Positions 1-15,228 are shown, counted from the first letter of the stretch. The stretch is DNA of 64,000 bases from Octopus bimaculoides (GCF_001194135.2 NC_068997.1:45958498-46022497); one strand, 5' to 3'. The notes: generated by a model not told the origin, from the letters alone. Numbers and translations: made by a program.

Positions 1-402
1 GGAGTGGCTGTGTGGTAAGTAGCATGCTTACCAACCACATGGTCCCAGGTTCAGTCCCACTGCGTGGCACCTTGGGCAAGTGTCTAATACTATAGCCTCG
101 GGCCAACCAAAGCCTTGTGAGGGGATTTGGTAGACAGAGACTGAAAGAAGCCCGTTGTATATATGTATATGTATGTATATATATGTGTGTGTCTGTGTTT
201 GTCCCTCCTACATCGCTTGACAATCGATGCTGGTATGTTTACGTCCCCGTAACTTAGCGGTTCGGCAACAAGACAGACCGATAGAATAAGTACCAGGCTT
301 ACAAAGAATAAGTCCTGGGGTCGATTTGCTCGACTAAAGGCGGTGCTCCAGCATGGTCACAGTCAAATGACTGAAACAAGTAAAAGAGTAAGAGTAAAGA
401 GT
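1..402 (+). mobile_element. tRNA-derived SINE family 1 (about 20 copies or fragments in window)
   Basis: Head GGAGTGGCTGTGTGGTAAG...GGTTCAGTCCC (A/B-box-like), internal (TA/TG)n, tail AAAAGAGTA. Other copies approx. 2765-3155(+), 9806-10310(+), 14840-15450(+), 36240-36605(+), 42110-42480(+), 52000-52400(+), 55895-56270(+). Confidence 0.85.
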
Positions 403-1108
403 ATTTAAATCAGCCCAATGCTTTACTGATATTTATTTAATCAACTAAAAAATTGTTTTTGACTTAGGAAAAAAAAAACTTAGAAAATAAACTGACTCTG
501 GCTGGATTTGAACTCTGATGGTAAAAGAGGATAACTAAATACTGCAAGACATTTATTCCAACACTCTACTACCACCACCACCAACAACACCAATCTAAGG
601 CAATGTAAGAATCTAATGGCTGTGAAAGTAGAGTAGGTTGGCTGCAGGTAACAGTCATCTCCTGATTTCTAGCTCTACTACTACTTCTACCACCACCACC
701 TCCTCCTCTTCAAATATACTGATGCCTTGAGCCAACATATGAGCTGACAAGGAAGTCTCTACGTGGCCAATCAACCTATTAGAAGTGGTAGCCAAGTCTT
801 CCTCCAATCTAAAATAAGGAAAGGACATGAAGAACAGACACTTCAGGATACCCCCAAAAAGACAAGGATGACCATGGATGGGATGTCACTGGTCTCAAGT
901 CTGCTTAATCAAGTTTGATCTAGAGCTAAACAGCAAAAAAAACAAAAAAAACTCAGACATGTCACAAGTGAGCAGTAAAGGCATCCAGCTGTCAGAAAAA
1001 AAAAACAATTAGTCAATCCACCAATGTTATAACGAGTGGCAAGTAAATTACTGAATCAGAAAAAATGCAGGATAAAAACACAAAAATTTTCAAATTATCT
1101 ACACTGAC

Positions 1109-1137
1109 CTTCTTTTCAGCCACGTTTACAGATTCCT
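1109..1137 (-). CDS. Left paralogue microexon 7 (29 nt)
   Basis: ttttctag|AG ESVNVAEKK|gtcagt. Confidence 0.62.
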
Positions 1138-4100
1138 CTAGAAAAAAAAAAAGAAGAAAGAAGAAAAGAAAAATGCTTTAGAAATATGATACAGAAAAAT
1201 TTAACGTTTTTGTTGTTTGCTGAAATTCACTCCTTTCATTTTCGAAAAATAACAAAGGATTTAGTAAAATAACTTTGTTGTTACTTCATTATTAAGCGGG
1301 AACGTAAACAGTGATGAAATTTTGATGGCAGGTTTTAATTTTTTAAGCTTTTAGCATTCAGGCCATTCATTCAAATGCAACACTAACTTATTCATTCACA
1401 TTACTCTTTTCTCTTTTAGTTGTTTCAGTCATTTGACTGCGGCCATGCTGGAGCACCGTCTTTAGTCGAGCAAATTGACCCTAGGACTTATTCTTTGTAA
1501 GCCGAGTACTTATTCTATCGGTCTCTTTTGCCAAACCGATAAATTACAGGGACGAAAACACACCAACATCAGTTGTCAAGCGATGTTGGGGGGACAAACA
1601 CAGACACACACATATATATAAATACATATACATGTACGACAGGCTTCTTTCAGTTTCTGTCTACCAAATCCACTCACAAGGCTTTGGTCGGCCCGAGGCT
1701 ATAGTAGAAGACACTTGCCCAAGGTGCCACGCAGTGGGAATGAACCCGGAACCATGTGGTTGGTAAGCAAAGCTACTTACCACACAGCCACTCCTGCACC
1801 TATGCTATGACCATTTTAAAAAAGTTTGCGTTTTCCTCAGCAAAATCAAGGAGATCCGATGCAGCTGAAACCTGATCATCTTTTTGAGACAACCACACTC
1901 TACACACTTCACTTCCAAGCATTGCTATAAACAACACAAGGGAGCGAGAGAGGAAGTTACAACTGAGTATGCATATGTAACAGAGTTCAAGGTCAGTCTA
2001 TGCCATCCAGCTTCACTCTGCATACTCTAGCTCCATTACCACTGTCACAGTACCTGGGTGCCAACAGGGAAACAAAAAACCCAGACGATGCAGGCTTGAT
2101 TACATGAGAATTTACTTTCAGAAGTAAGCTAACAACAACATCATCATCATCCTCCAGTGTTTTCTCCCTGTTAACGGGGGTGGCCAGATCTACCTCAATG
2201 CCATAGCAACAAAGGTAGGCAGGTGCAGCCCACCCCAACCTTTGGGCTGGCTGGCTTGTGCCCATTCTCCTTTGCTATCATGAAACTTGTTCGTAGCTGG
2301 ATTTTCTACAGAGAGCATGCTCTTGCTTACCCCCAACCTCAGTTTCTAGACATGAGTGGTTCCTGAGACCAAGGCCTCTACCATGATTTTAAAGAAATGT
2401 GGTGGAAAACTAGCTCAAGAAGGCAGGGATAATAACACCAAAAATATATTATTATAAAAGAGATTCTTACTTCCTTTTGTTTTCTTGTCATCTGAATTGG
2501 CAGGACTGAAAAATAAAAATTTTACTCTATGACATCACCATTCATTATTATTATTATTATTATTATTATCATTATTATCATAATCTTCATAACAACAATT
2601 ATATATATCATCTTTTATCATTCATTTCAGTCACTGGACTGCAATCATGCAGGGGCACCACCTTGAAGAGTTTTAGCTCATCAAATTAACCCCAATCCTT
2701 ATTTTTAAAACCTGGTACTTATTCTATCAGTTTCTTTTGTGAACTGCTAATTCTTAGAGATGTTGGTATGGCTGTGTGGTAAGAAGCTTGCTTCCCAACA
2801 ACATGGTCCTGGGTTCAGTCCTACTGTGTGGCACCTTGAGCAAGTGTCTTCTATTATAGCCTTGGGCTGACCACAGCCTTGTGAATGGATTTGGTAGATG
2901 GAAACTGAAAGAAGCCTGTTGTATATACATATATATGTGTGTGTCTGTGTTTGTCCTCCACCATGGCTTGACAACTGGTGGCATTGTGCTTACAGTCCTG
3001 TAATTTAGCAGCTCAGCAAAAGATGCTGATAGGGTACCAGGTTTGAAAAAATAAAAATACTGGGGGGTCGATTCATTTGACTAAAAATTCTTCAAGGTGG
3101 TGCTCCAGCATGGCCGCAGTCTAATGACTGAAACAAATACAAGATAAAAGATAAACCAAAAGCAGTTGTCAAGCAGAGATGGGGGACAAACACACACATA
3201 CATATATAACAGACGATAGAGACAGAAAATGGAATGCACAGGAAACTTTATTCACAATGATCATCAAACACATTCTGCATCGATAACCTTGCAGGTAGGA
3301 AACTACACAAGTAGTTGTGGTGCATCCCTCGGTGTAGAAGTGTCTCATCAAGAGACATAATCCAGCAAAAGTTGTGTAATTATTATGGATGGCATCAGGT
3401 AGCCATAGGCAGTGAACATGCTTTATTGGCATACTACTAGGAACAAACCCAACACTTAAATATTAACTTATACATATATACACCTACACACAGTTTCTGA
3501 CTTTAAGGGTATTGTGAAAGGCCTAGTTAGAGGCCCAACCTTGTAGAAAAACTGAAGGACCACTGCAATAAGTGTGTGAATCTGAGAGGGGAATATGTTA
3601 CATAAAATCATAATTAACTGATCCTCCTGTATTTTCTTTTACTCAAAGCCAGAAACTTTTCAGCACCCTCTCGTGTGTATGTGTGTGTATTAACATAGGA
3701 GCAAGGAACAGAAATTCTCTCCCTACCAAATTCTACTACACATTTAAATTAAATATTCTTTTCTCTTATTTGTAAACACACACAAACACACGAGGAGTGT
3801 TATGCATATATAACAGTGTTCAATACATGCTTTGGGTAGGGTAGTGAGCAGGCAGAATCATTAGCACACCAGGCGAAATGTTTAACGGTATTTCATCCAT
3901 TTTTACGTTCTGAGTTCAAATTCCACAGAGGTCGACTTTATCTTTCATCCGTTCGCAGTTGATAAAATAAGTACCAGTTGAGCACTGGGGGTCAATATAA
4001 TCGACTTAACCCCTTCCCTGAAACTGCTGCCAAAATTTGTAACCAATATATTTGCTTCAGGTAAAAGTAAACCAAGGCTTTTTGTGGTGACTGAACTGTT

Positions 4101-7100
4101 TAACCACATCTAATTAATATCCCGACATAATCTTAATCCTTACATAGCTTTCATACCTACATTCCAACATTAAACTACTTTTGTTTTGATGCAGAACAAT
4201 GCCAATTATTTGTCATTACACCATGTGAACCAAATACAACATGTTACTGGAACAATAATTCTATTAAAAACTGAGAGATTAAGTAAATTCCATCAGATAT
4301 TTAATCTGTTGTCATTTTCAGGACGTTTGTCAACTCAGCATANNNNNNNNNNNNNNNNNNNNNNNNNNNNNNNNNNNNNNNNNNNNNNNNNNNNNNNNNN
4401 NNNNNNNNNNNNNNNNNNNNNNNNNNNNNNNNNNNNNNNNNNNNNNNNNNNNNNNNNNNNNNNNNNNNNNNNNNNNNNNNNNNNNNNNNNNNNNNNNNNN
4501 NNNNNNNNNNNNNNNNNNNNNNNNNNNNNNNNNNNNNNNNNNNNNNNNNNNNNNNNNNNNNNNNNNNNNNNNNNNNNNNNNNNNNNNNNNNNNNNNNNNN
4601 NNNNNNNNNNNNNNNNNNNNNNNNNNNNNNNNNNNNNNNNNNNNNNNNNNNNNNNNNNNNNNNNNNNNNNNNNNNNNNNNNNNNNNNNNNNNNNNNNTAA
4701 TTTATCAACCCCGAAAGGATGAAAGGCAAAGTCTACCTCGGTAGAATTTGAACTTAGAACAAAGCCAGACAAAATGCTGCTGAGCATTTTTCTGACATGC
4801 TAACAATTCTGCCAGCCTGCCACCTTAATAATAATAATAATAATAATAATAATGGCTTCAAATTTTGCCACAAAGGCAGCAATTTTGGGGGAGGGAATGA
4901 GTTGATTACATCAACCCAAGTCTTCAACTGGTATCTATTTCATCGACTCTGAAAGGATGAAAGGCAAAATTGGCCTTCACAGAATTTGAACTCAGAACGG
5001 AGTGACAGGAGAAATACCACTAAGCATTTCGTCCAGCGTGCTAATGATTCAGCCAGCTCACCATAAATTTGAGAATGGGTGACGATTGTTGATAAAATCA
5101 CCTCCCTAGTATTTTGGCTGCTGTATCCCTTTAGTATCTAGATTATTCCGTTTAATGTAATATCTTTTTTTATTCACATTGTTTTGAATTATTCATACAT
5201 TATCTCATAGCTTTGAGATTTTGATCATCTCCTTTACTCATTTCAGTCATTTGACTGTGGCCATGCTGGAGCACCACCTTTTCAGTTGAGAAAATCAACC
5301 CCAGGACTTATTCTTTGTAAGCCTAGTACTTATTCTATCCGTCTCTTTTGCCGAACTGCTAAGTTACGGGGATATAAACACACCAGCATCAGTTGTCAAG
5401 CAATGTTGGGGGAACAAACAGACACGCAAACATACATACACACACACACACACATATATACATATACATATATACGACGGGCTTCTTTCAGTTTCCGTCT
5501 ACCAAATCCACTCACAAGGCTTTGGTCGGCCTGAGGCTATAGTAGAAGACACTTGCCCAAGGTGCCACGCAGTGGGACTGAACCTGGAACCATGTGGTTG
5601 GGAAGCAAGCTTCTTACCACACAGCCACGATCCACGAATCGTGAAAGGCAAAACAGGATTTGAATGGAGAACACACAAAACTGGAACAAATACTACAAGA
5701 CATTTAAGTAGGTACTCTACAAAAAGAACAAGGAGGAGAAGGAAAAAGAAGCAGGAGGGAGAGGAGGATATATTGAAATAGAAGGTAAGGGAACATGGGG
5801 AGTTGCAGTTACCAACCACAAAAACTCAATATATGTATATATAAACAATACCTTTTGGTCTTTCCTTCTTTACTGTCTTTCTTCTGCTCAGTTTTCTGGA
5901 TTTTAGCAGGGGTGGCACCTTCAGTGGTATTCGTAGTGATGCACTTTTTGCCACCAGCCAGCTGTTTAATTTTCTTCCCGCTTGCAGTTAAATCAGCATC
6001 CAGGTCGTTATGGATATCATCGTCAAGTACAATTAATGACTCGTTCTCTTCCGATTTCACTGCTGTTTTTCAAGAATGGAAAACCCTGGTTAATGACTTT
6101 CAATGCAAAGGTAGGTAGTGGTATGTGTTGGTGGCAGTGGTGGTGGTAGTATGTGTTGGTGATGAATAGTAGTGTATTGGTTGTAGTAGTAGAATACTGG
6201 TGGATGGTAGTGTGTAGGTGGTAGTTGTATATTGGCAGTAGTGGAGTGTTGGTGGTGGTGGTGGTGGTGGTAATAGTAGAGTACTTGTGGTTGGCCGAGT
6301 ACAGGTAATAGTAGTGGTGGTGGTAGCATGTTGGTGGTAGTAAAGTGTTAGTTGGTATTAGTTTATTTGTGGCTGTAGTAAGTAGAAGTTGAAAGTTGGT
6401 GGTAAATGATAGTGTATTGGTTGTAGTAGTGGCTGTGGTGGCATATTGGTTGTAGTAGTGGCTGTGGTGGTATGATGAGGATGCAAGTGTGGTGGTGGTG
6501 TTGATGGTCGTGTGAAACAAGTGGTAGTAATGTGTTGGTGGTGGTACAAAATAAACAGCTGTAGAGGAAGAGATGGGAGATCAGATAAGAACAGGAGAAA
6601 GTAAGAGAGAGAGGGTAAGAAAACCCCAACACACACACACAAGCTGTATGTAGTTACTCAACCTGCTAGAAATAGCAGCCATTTCTCAATCAAATCATAC
6701 TCTACCATCTTGAGAAAAAAAAAGGGGACACATTGAATAATGCAGACCAAAATATTCTTCAAAAGACATGATACTGGGTGGAATACTCTTGATTACAGGG
6801 AAGCTCAATTGGGACTAATTAACAATAACTCGTTAGCAACTGTGGTTTACAATTTCAGCACAAGGCCTACAGTTTTAAAGGGTCTGGAGTAACTTGCTAC
6901 CACTGATCCTAGAAGATAACTGCAACTTTATTTTATCAACCCCAGGAAGATGGAGAGTAAAGTTGACCCCAGTCCTCAGTCAAATCGTCCAACCCATGCT
7001 AGCATGGAAAGCGGACGTTAAACGATGATGATGATGATGAACACAAAGTCTGCCTCATCATCGTCATTTAATATCCACTTTTCCATGCTTGCATGAGTCA

Positions 7101-8702
7101 GAAGGGAACTTTCTAAGGCAGATTTTTTTATGCTAGATGCCCTTCTTTGTCACTAGCCCTCACTTATTTCCAAGCAAGACAATACTTCCCCATGGCTAGA
7201 CATGTTCTCACAGAATACTGGAAATGAATGCAACTGCTTGAATGAAAAATTCATTTACAACTTTCACATGATGTCAAGACAAGGAGAGACAAGCATACAC
7301 ACACTTACACAAGCATATTGTTGTTGGCACTCCGTCGCTTACGACGTCGAGGGTTCCAGTTGATCCGATCAATGGAACAGCCTGTTCGTGAATTAACGTG
7401 CATGTGGCTGAGCACTCCACAGACACGTGTACCCTTAACGTAGTTCTCGGGGATATTCAGCGTGACACAGAGTGTGACAAGGCTGACCCTTTGAACCACA
7501 GGCACAACAGAAACAGGAAGTAAGAATGAGAGAAAGTTGTGGTGGAAGAGTACAGCAGGGTTCGCCACCATCCCCTGCCGGAGCCTCGTAGAGCTTTAGG
7601 TGTTTTCGCTCAATAAACACTCACAACTCCCGGTCTAGGAATCGAAACCGCGATCCTATGACCGCGAGTCCGCTGCCCTAACTACTGGGCCATTGTGCCT
7701 CCACACACAAGCATATATACATACATGTATATATGTGTTAAGGGATGAAATAGAAGAGGTGAGCAGTTATGCATATCTTGGTCAAGAAGTGACTATGAGG
7801 CGTGAGATGGAGAATGAGATCTCGCGAAAGGTAAGAGCAGGATGGAGAGCATTCAACTCAATGAAGGATTTGCTGAGGGCAAACCTAGACAAGGCAACTC
7901 ACACCAATCTCTTCAACAGTACAGTCTTGCCTGCAATGCTATATGCATGTGAGATTTGGGCCTTGACAAAGAGAGAAGAACAACATCTGCTTATGGTGCA
8001 GAGAGCTATGGAAAGGTCAATGCTGGGAATTTTGCTGAGAGATCACATCCAGAATGAGATCAAGAGCAGAACTGGAGTGAAGGACGTCATCGCAGAATGC
8101 CACCACGCAAAGCTATGACGGACCGGTCGTGTCGCAGGTTCACAGAAAAATTGTCAAGTGGTACCCGCGCAAGCAGAAGAGACCACTCGGGAAGACTTCC
8201 AAATCAGGTGGGAAGATGTTTGGAGCAACATGGAGGAGAATGGCAAGAGCACAAGGGGAATGTAGCAAATGCTGTGGCCAGCAGAGCCAACTCAGCGACA
8301 GACAGTCTGGCTGATCTAGGTAATGTGCGTGTGTATGTGTGTGCGTGTGTATGTGTGTGCGCGTGTGCACGCTTCTGTATTTTTTATATATTACTCAGTA
8401 TCAACCTACCAATTTATACTTGGTAGCCAAACCTAGGATTTATAAATTGAACTGGTGACAGCTTGTTAAGTTTGGATTACCAGGATTCCATCTATCAAAG
8501 GATAAATTTGGTAGCCTCATGTATCTTACCTGTACAGAGAGCTTACTAAATTTTTTGCTTGGATTATCAATTCCTTTNNNNNNNNNNNNNNNNNNNNNNN
8601 NNNNNNNNNNNNNNNNNNNNNNNNNNNNNNNNNNNNNNNNNNNNNNNNNNNNNNNNNNNNNNNNNNNNNNNNNNNNNNNNNNNNNNNNNNNNNNNNNNNN
8701 NN

Positions 8703-8739
<37 letters not shown>

Positions 8740-11700
8740 AAAAGATTTCTTTCAGTTTCTATCTACCAAATCCACTCACAAGACTTTGGTTAGGCTGGGG
8801 CTTATAGTAGAAGACATATGCCCAAGTTATCACAAGGCATTTTGGTCGATACCAAACAATTCTGCCAGCTCATCAGCTTATAGTAAACAATAATTGTAAC
8901 AATATATCTGGGATACAAACATTTGATCTTTTGCACTGGTTATCCTGATCAGTACCCCACCAAGCTCTGGCCAACACCCCCACCAAACTCTGGCCAAGAC
9001 TCCACCAAGATTTCAACCAAACTGTAACAATTAAAAACCAACAAACCTAAGGATTCAGCAGTGCCATCTTTCTTTGGTAGCTGTACAACAAAAGAGAAAG
9101 TAGAGGTCAGTTCAGAGGTGAGGAGTAAAATGTTCAGATCAGTGGAACAATATAAGACAGCGGATAAAATGAAGCCGTTGTCTTCCCAGATGGGCAGAGA
9201 AGTGTTTAAATAGGGTGAAGCCTTTAATAGGAATTAGGGGTGTTTATATACAGACCTTGCAACATGTATGTATATAGTCTGTTTATAGAAACATCAAAAC
9301 TGAGGTGTTTTTGTAAGTTTAATAGTTTGAACAAGAATAATGTCATTAACCCTTTAGTGTTTAAACCGGCTGTATCCGGCCCAGATATTCTACCCATTTT
9401 ATGCTCAAACTGGCCAGAACCAGCATCTCACACCTACCCTGCAATGTCATTCTAAAAATAATTACATCTTTCCTATCTTGAAGCTACAAAATAATATCAG
9501 ATAATTTTTTTTTAATGTGAATAAATAAGGATTACTTTTGACAAATTAATCTATCATACAAGCAATGCCATTCATTTCCAATATTCCACAAAAACATGTC
9601 TGGTCATGGAGAAATATTACCTTGCTTGAAAACAAACGAGGGTTGGCAATAGACAGGAGAAAGGGCAACCCATACAAGCATGGAAAAGTAGGCATTAAAA
9701 CAACAATGACAATAATTCCTCTTTCATCTACCTATATGGGTGATGGCCATGCTTTCAATAATCAATGGCTACAAAGTAATTTTTATTTTTTATTTTTACT
9801 AATATACAGGAGTGGCTGTGTGATAAGTAGCTTGCTTACCAACCACATGGTTCCAGGTTCAGTCCCACTGTGTGGCACCTTGGGCAAGTGTCTTCTACTA
9901 TAGTCTCGGGCCGACTAAAGCCTTGTGAGTGGATTTGGTAGACGGAAAACTGAAAGAAGCCCATCGTATATATGTATATATATCTGCCAAATCAGACTGG
10001 AGCCTGGTGTTGCCATCCGGTTTCACCAGTCCTCAGTCAAATCGTCCAACCCATGCTAGCATGGAAAGCGGACGTTAAACGATGATGATGATGATGATGA
10101 TGATATATATATATATGTGTGTGTGTGTTTGTGTGTCTGTGTTTGTCCCCCCAACATCGCTTGACAACCGATGCTGGTGTGTTTACGTCCCCGTAACTTA
10201 GCGGTTCAGCAAAAAGAGACCGATAGAATAAGTACTAGGCTTACAAAGAATAAGTCCTGGGGTCGATTTTGCTCGACTAAAAGGCGATGCTCCAGCATGG
10301 CCGCAGACAAATGAACTTACTTAGCTCCCTCTTCCATTACTAGCTTGCTCAAACACTCTGAGCCCTTTCCTGATGAGACTTTACCAAATAGATATCTCAA
10401 CAGCAAGGCTCTTCCGTGACCCTAGATTAATGAACTCTTTTAAGGAGGTCTTGAGAGTGTCCTTGTAGGGTTTGCATCGTCCTCCAACTGAACCCCTTCC
10501 ACCTTGCTGTTGTGGTAAAGTGACCCCAACAAGCACAACTGGGCTCTGTGTTGGAGCATGTGGATACTGGGTAACATAGTACAATTGAGGGCCTGTGCAT
10601 AGGACCGTGTTTTGCCAACAAATACATACATACTTCCATGTATACATACACACATCAATAAGGGTGCTTCTACATGGTTACTCAACCTGCTAGAAATAGC
10701 AACCAACTCTCTCTCAAATCTCATTATACTATGTTAAAAAAAAGCTGGAATAGTCATGGTTAGAATGCGTTTTGACTGTAAGGTACTCAATCTTTCTCCT
10801 TATCTACAAGAATTTATTCCAATCTATAAAAGCCTACAACATAGCGTCCCCTTCCGAAAATGGGCAACATACCTCTTACCCTATGAACTATCATCCTATT
10901 GCTCTCCCAACAAACAGTCCACAAACAACAACCTCTTTCATTATCTCGAGTTTCTTTCCCTTTTCAGTGGCCACCACAATGGTTTCTATGGAAGCAAAGA
11001 CTTTCTCACCTCCAAACACCAGTGATCTCTTACTCTTGAAAACTTCGGTGAGTGATGCTACCATTATCTTTAACATCAGTAAAGGCTTCCTTTTCACCGT
11101 GTCTGGCACAAGAAACTCCTAGCCAATGGGATTCATCAATCCATTGTCTGCCAGTGGGATCCATCAATCTCTCATCTACAGGGTTAAGAAGTTCCCAACC
11201 AGCTCACTCCAAAGCAACATTCACAATCAGGGCTCACATTCCAACCAACCAGCTATCAATTCTTGTGTACAGTAATCCCTCGACTATTCCAGGATTATTT
11301 TTTATTGAACAAAGAGGGATGATTGGCAAAGCCGACCTCAGCAGGATTTGAACCAAGAGTGTAAAGAGCTAAAACAAGCACTGCACAGTATTTTTTTTAA
11401 CGCCAATACTCAAATAATTCTGCCAACTAACTGTTCTTAGAATAATTGTCATTTATAAATAATAGGCACAAAGCCAGCAATTTTTGAAGTGAAGGGGACC
11501 AGTTGATTATATCAACCCCAGTACTTGACTGGTACTTTAATTTATCAATTCTGGATGGATGAAAGGCATAAATCAAACTTAGCCGGATTTGGAACTCAGA
11601 ACACGAAGTGAGGTGACTAAATATTGCAGAGTATTTTATCCAACATTCTACCAACTAACCACCTTTCAGAATAATGATAATAATTTCTTTCAAATTTTAG

Positions 11701-12081
11701 CACAAGGCTTGCAATTTTGAAGGGAGTGAGTGAGTCAGTTACATCAATCCAAGCACTTCACTGGTACTTTATTTCATCAACCCAAAAATATTAAAGGCAA
11801 AGTTGATTTTGGCGGGAATTTAAACTCAAAATGTAAAGAGTCAGAAATAATAATAATAATCCTTTCTAATATGGACATAAAGCCTGAAATTTGAGGGGAG
11901 GGGATAGGTCGATCATATCGACTCCAGTACTTGACTGGTACTTAATTTATCAACCCTGAAAGGATGAAAGGCAAAGTCGACGTTGGCAGAATTTGAACTC
12001 AGAACGTAGTGGCAGACGAAATACTGCTAAGCATTTTGTCCAGTGAACTAACAATTCTGCCAGCCTGCCACCTTAAATGAT

Positions 12082-12112
<31 letters not shown>

Positions 12113-14969
12113 TATTCTCAGACATGACAGTGTTGGGACTTATATACACTGGAAGCTATAACAACACTATGAAATGACAACAGAAAAAAAACGATGGTAT
12201 AGGCACACCCTAGAAAAGGTCACAGAAAATGAGAAAGTAACCATACTCTGGGATATGCCAATACACACGGATAGTGAAATCAAGGCTAATAGACTGGATA
12301 TAGTTGTCAGAAATCACCAAGAAAAAAAGATGCCTTCTAATCGATGTATCAATACCAACAGATGATGTTTCTCTAAAAGAAACGGAGACACTTCCAAAAT
12401 ACAAAGATCTGGAAATAGAGGTAACTCGAATGTGGAGCCTAAAATCAGAAACAATTCCTATTGTAGTAGGTACATATAGTAGAAAGGATTATTTTATCAA
12501 TGCTAAAAGGATTAAAGGTAAAGTCAACCTCAGTGGAATTTGAACTCAGAACACAAAAACAGACGAAATGCCACAAAGCATTTTGCCCAATGTGCCTGCT
12601 GCCTTTTTTTAAAAATTTTTTTGCAATAATAATGATAATAATAACCTTTCTACTATAGGTACAAGGCCTGAAATTTCAGGAGACAGGACTAGTTGATCAC
12701 ACTGACCCCAGTGCTCAACTGGTACTTATTTTATCGACCTTGAAAGGATGAAGGGCAGAGTTGACCCTGGCAGAATTTGAACTCAGCACGTAAAGACAGA
12801 CAAAATACCGCTAANNNNNNNNNNTTAAAGGTAAAGTCAACCTCAGTGGAATTTGAACTCAGAACACAAAAACAGACGAAATGCCACAAAGCATTTTGCC
12901 CAATGTGCCTGCTGCCTTTTTTTAAAAATTTTTTTGCAATAATAATGATAATAATAACCTTTCTACTATAGGTACAAGGCCTGAAATTTCAGGAGACAGG
13001 ACTAGTTGATCACACTGACCCCAGTGCTCAACTGGTACTTATTTTATCGACCTTGAAAGGATGAAGGGCAGAGTTGACCCTGGCAGAATTTGAACTCAGC
13101 ACGTAAAGACAGACAAAATACCGCTAAGCATTTTGCCCAGCATACTAATAATTCTTTTCTACTATAGGCACAAGGCCTGAAAATTTTGGGGAGGGGTGCC
13201 AGTCGATTAGATCAACCCCAGTACATAACTGGTACTTAATTTATCGACCCTGAAAGGATGAAAGGTAAAGTCGACCTCAGCGGAGTTTGAACTCAGAACG
13301 TAAAGGCAGACGAAATACCGCTAAGCATTTTGCCCAGTATGCTAATGATTAAGCCAGCTTACCGCCTTTGCACCAATAATAACAACAATAAGCTATACTC
13401 ACCACACTTTCAGCCATATTTAAATTGTCTACAAAAAAAAAGAGGGAAATAAAAAAAAACTTTTAAAAGCTTGAAAATGAAGTATCTGAACAAACATTGT
13501 TACTTTCAAATAAACAGTAAGTTATAAACTCTTGAAAAAGTTGTTTCCTGATTTTCCACTCTACCACAGACTAATTACACTGGTCAACAAGTATTTTTCA
13601 TCAAGCATATGTCAAGGTATACTCAGTCTAGTTTCTAATGCTGATTTCAAATACACAATTAGTTTTTTGATATCACGTACAGTTTTCAAGATGAGAAATT
13701 TTTGAGGTTTTAGCTCATGCATTATATAGAACTTCCAGTTGATGATGTGTACGCATGTATTTCATTTACATCATGGAAACATTTGTTGTTGGCACTCCAT
13801 CGCTTACAACGTCGAGGGTTCCAGTTGAACCAATCAACGGAACAGCCTGCTCGTGAAATTAACGTNNNNNNNNNNCCGCGATCCTATGACCGCGAATCCG
13901 CTGCCCTAACCACTGGGTCATTGCGCCTCCACCATGGAAACATACCTTTAAAATAAACTACATTACTCATTGCTGCATAGTTCAGATGCAATATTTCATC
14001 ATCTTAAATGAACCAATCAAGTTTTGTCTAATGAAATAGGTATTTCAACATCTTAAATTGTCCAGTCATAATTGGTCTGATGAAATATCTCATCAAATTC
14101 AATATAAGTATAACTACTTATTTTACGGTGTTAACAATGTCAAGACTGTGTAGAAATTGTTTTGTTATGTCTGTGGACAATTTATTGTGAAAGCTCAAGA
14201 ATGCACAATAACCCCAGAGATCAAGAAGATTTATAAGCTATACTTTGACTGTCCTCTTGGAGATCAGGACAAGTTATTGGCACCACATTTTATCTGCTCA
14301 GCTTGCTCAAATGGCTTACGTGACTGGTTCGTTAAGAAGTCGTCCTTGCCTTTTACCATTCCAATGATATGAAGGGAGCTGAAAGACCATTTTAATGACT
14401 GTTATTTTTGCAAAATAAATGTCACAGGATTTTCTATGAAGAATAAACACAAAATTGTGTATCCCAATTAGGATTCTGCAATGAGACCTGTGCCTCACAA
14501 TGGAAGTCTGCCAATTCCAGTTCCACCAGATGATAATGCTGACTGTCACAATAGTGCTGCTGAGGAAGATTACGTGGCTGATGACAATAGCTTTGAACCT
14601 CAGAAATTTTCCCAAGCTGAACTGAACGACCTTGTCAGAGACCTATCCCTCTCAAAAGATAAAGCAGAACTGTTGGCATCAGGACTGAAGGAGAAGTATC
14701 TGCTAGAGCACGGTGTTCGTATAACTTATTTTTGGCAGAGAAATGTGTTTCTACAAACGTGTTTTTCTGTTGAAGGCCTGCTTTGCTTTTGCAGTAACAT
14801 CGATGGACTGCATTCCCATTAACATTCCAATGACTTTTAAATCTCCACATGGTATTGGATTCAGTCCCATTGCATGGCACCTTGGGCAAGTGTCTTCTAC
14901 TATAGCCTCGGGCCGACCAAAGCCTTGTGAGTGGATTTGGTAAACGGAAACTGAAAGAAGCCTGTCGTA

Positions 14970-15012
<43 letters not shown>

Positions 15013-15185
15013 GTATGTGTGTGTGTGTATATGTTTGCGTGTGTGTTTGTCCCCCCAACATCGCTTGACGACCGATGCTGGTGTGTTTACGTCCCCATAA
15101 CTTAGCGGTTCGACAAAAGAGACCGATAGAATAAGTACTAGGCTTACANNNNNNNNNNAACGGAAACTGAAAGAAGCCTGTCGTA

Positions 15186-15228
<43 letters not shown>

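Noticed and set aside
4186-4787. Long ORFs spanning N runs (also 8440-8893, 25951-26435, 28596-28935, 43534-44216)
   Set aside because: Length is inflated by unknown bases
5286-5781. Recurrent ORFs such as RRASFSFRLPNPLTRLWSARG
   Set aside because: Chance translations of SINE family 1, repeated at every copy
7600-7704. tRNA-like sequence (also 41380-41474, 40230-40300, 61470-61551)
   Set aside because: SINE heads continuing into shared repeat bodies; no complete cloverleaf verified
10756-11351. Coding-like ORFs, possibly a decayed LINE
   Set aside because: No diagnostic motif I could support; not phase-linked to the left gene
12512-13127. Exact 303-bp direct duplication
   Set aside because: The copies (12512-12814, 12825-13127) sit either side of a 10-N gap; this is an unmerged contig overlap
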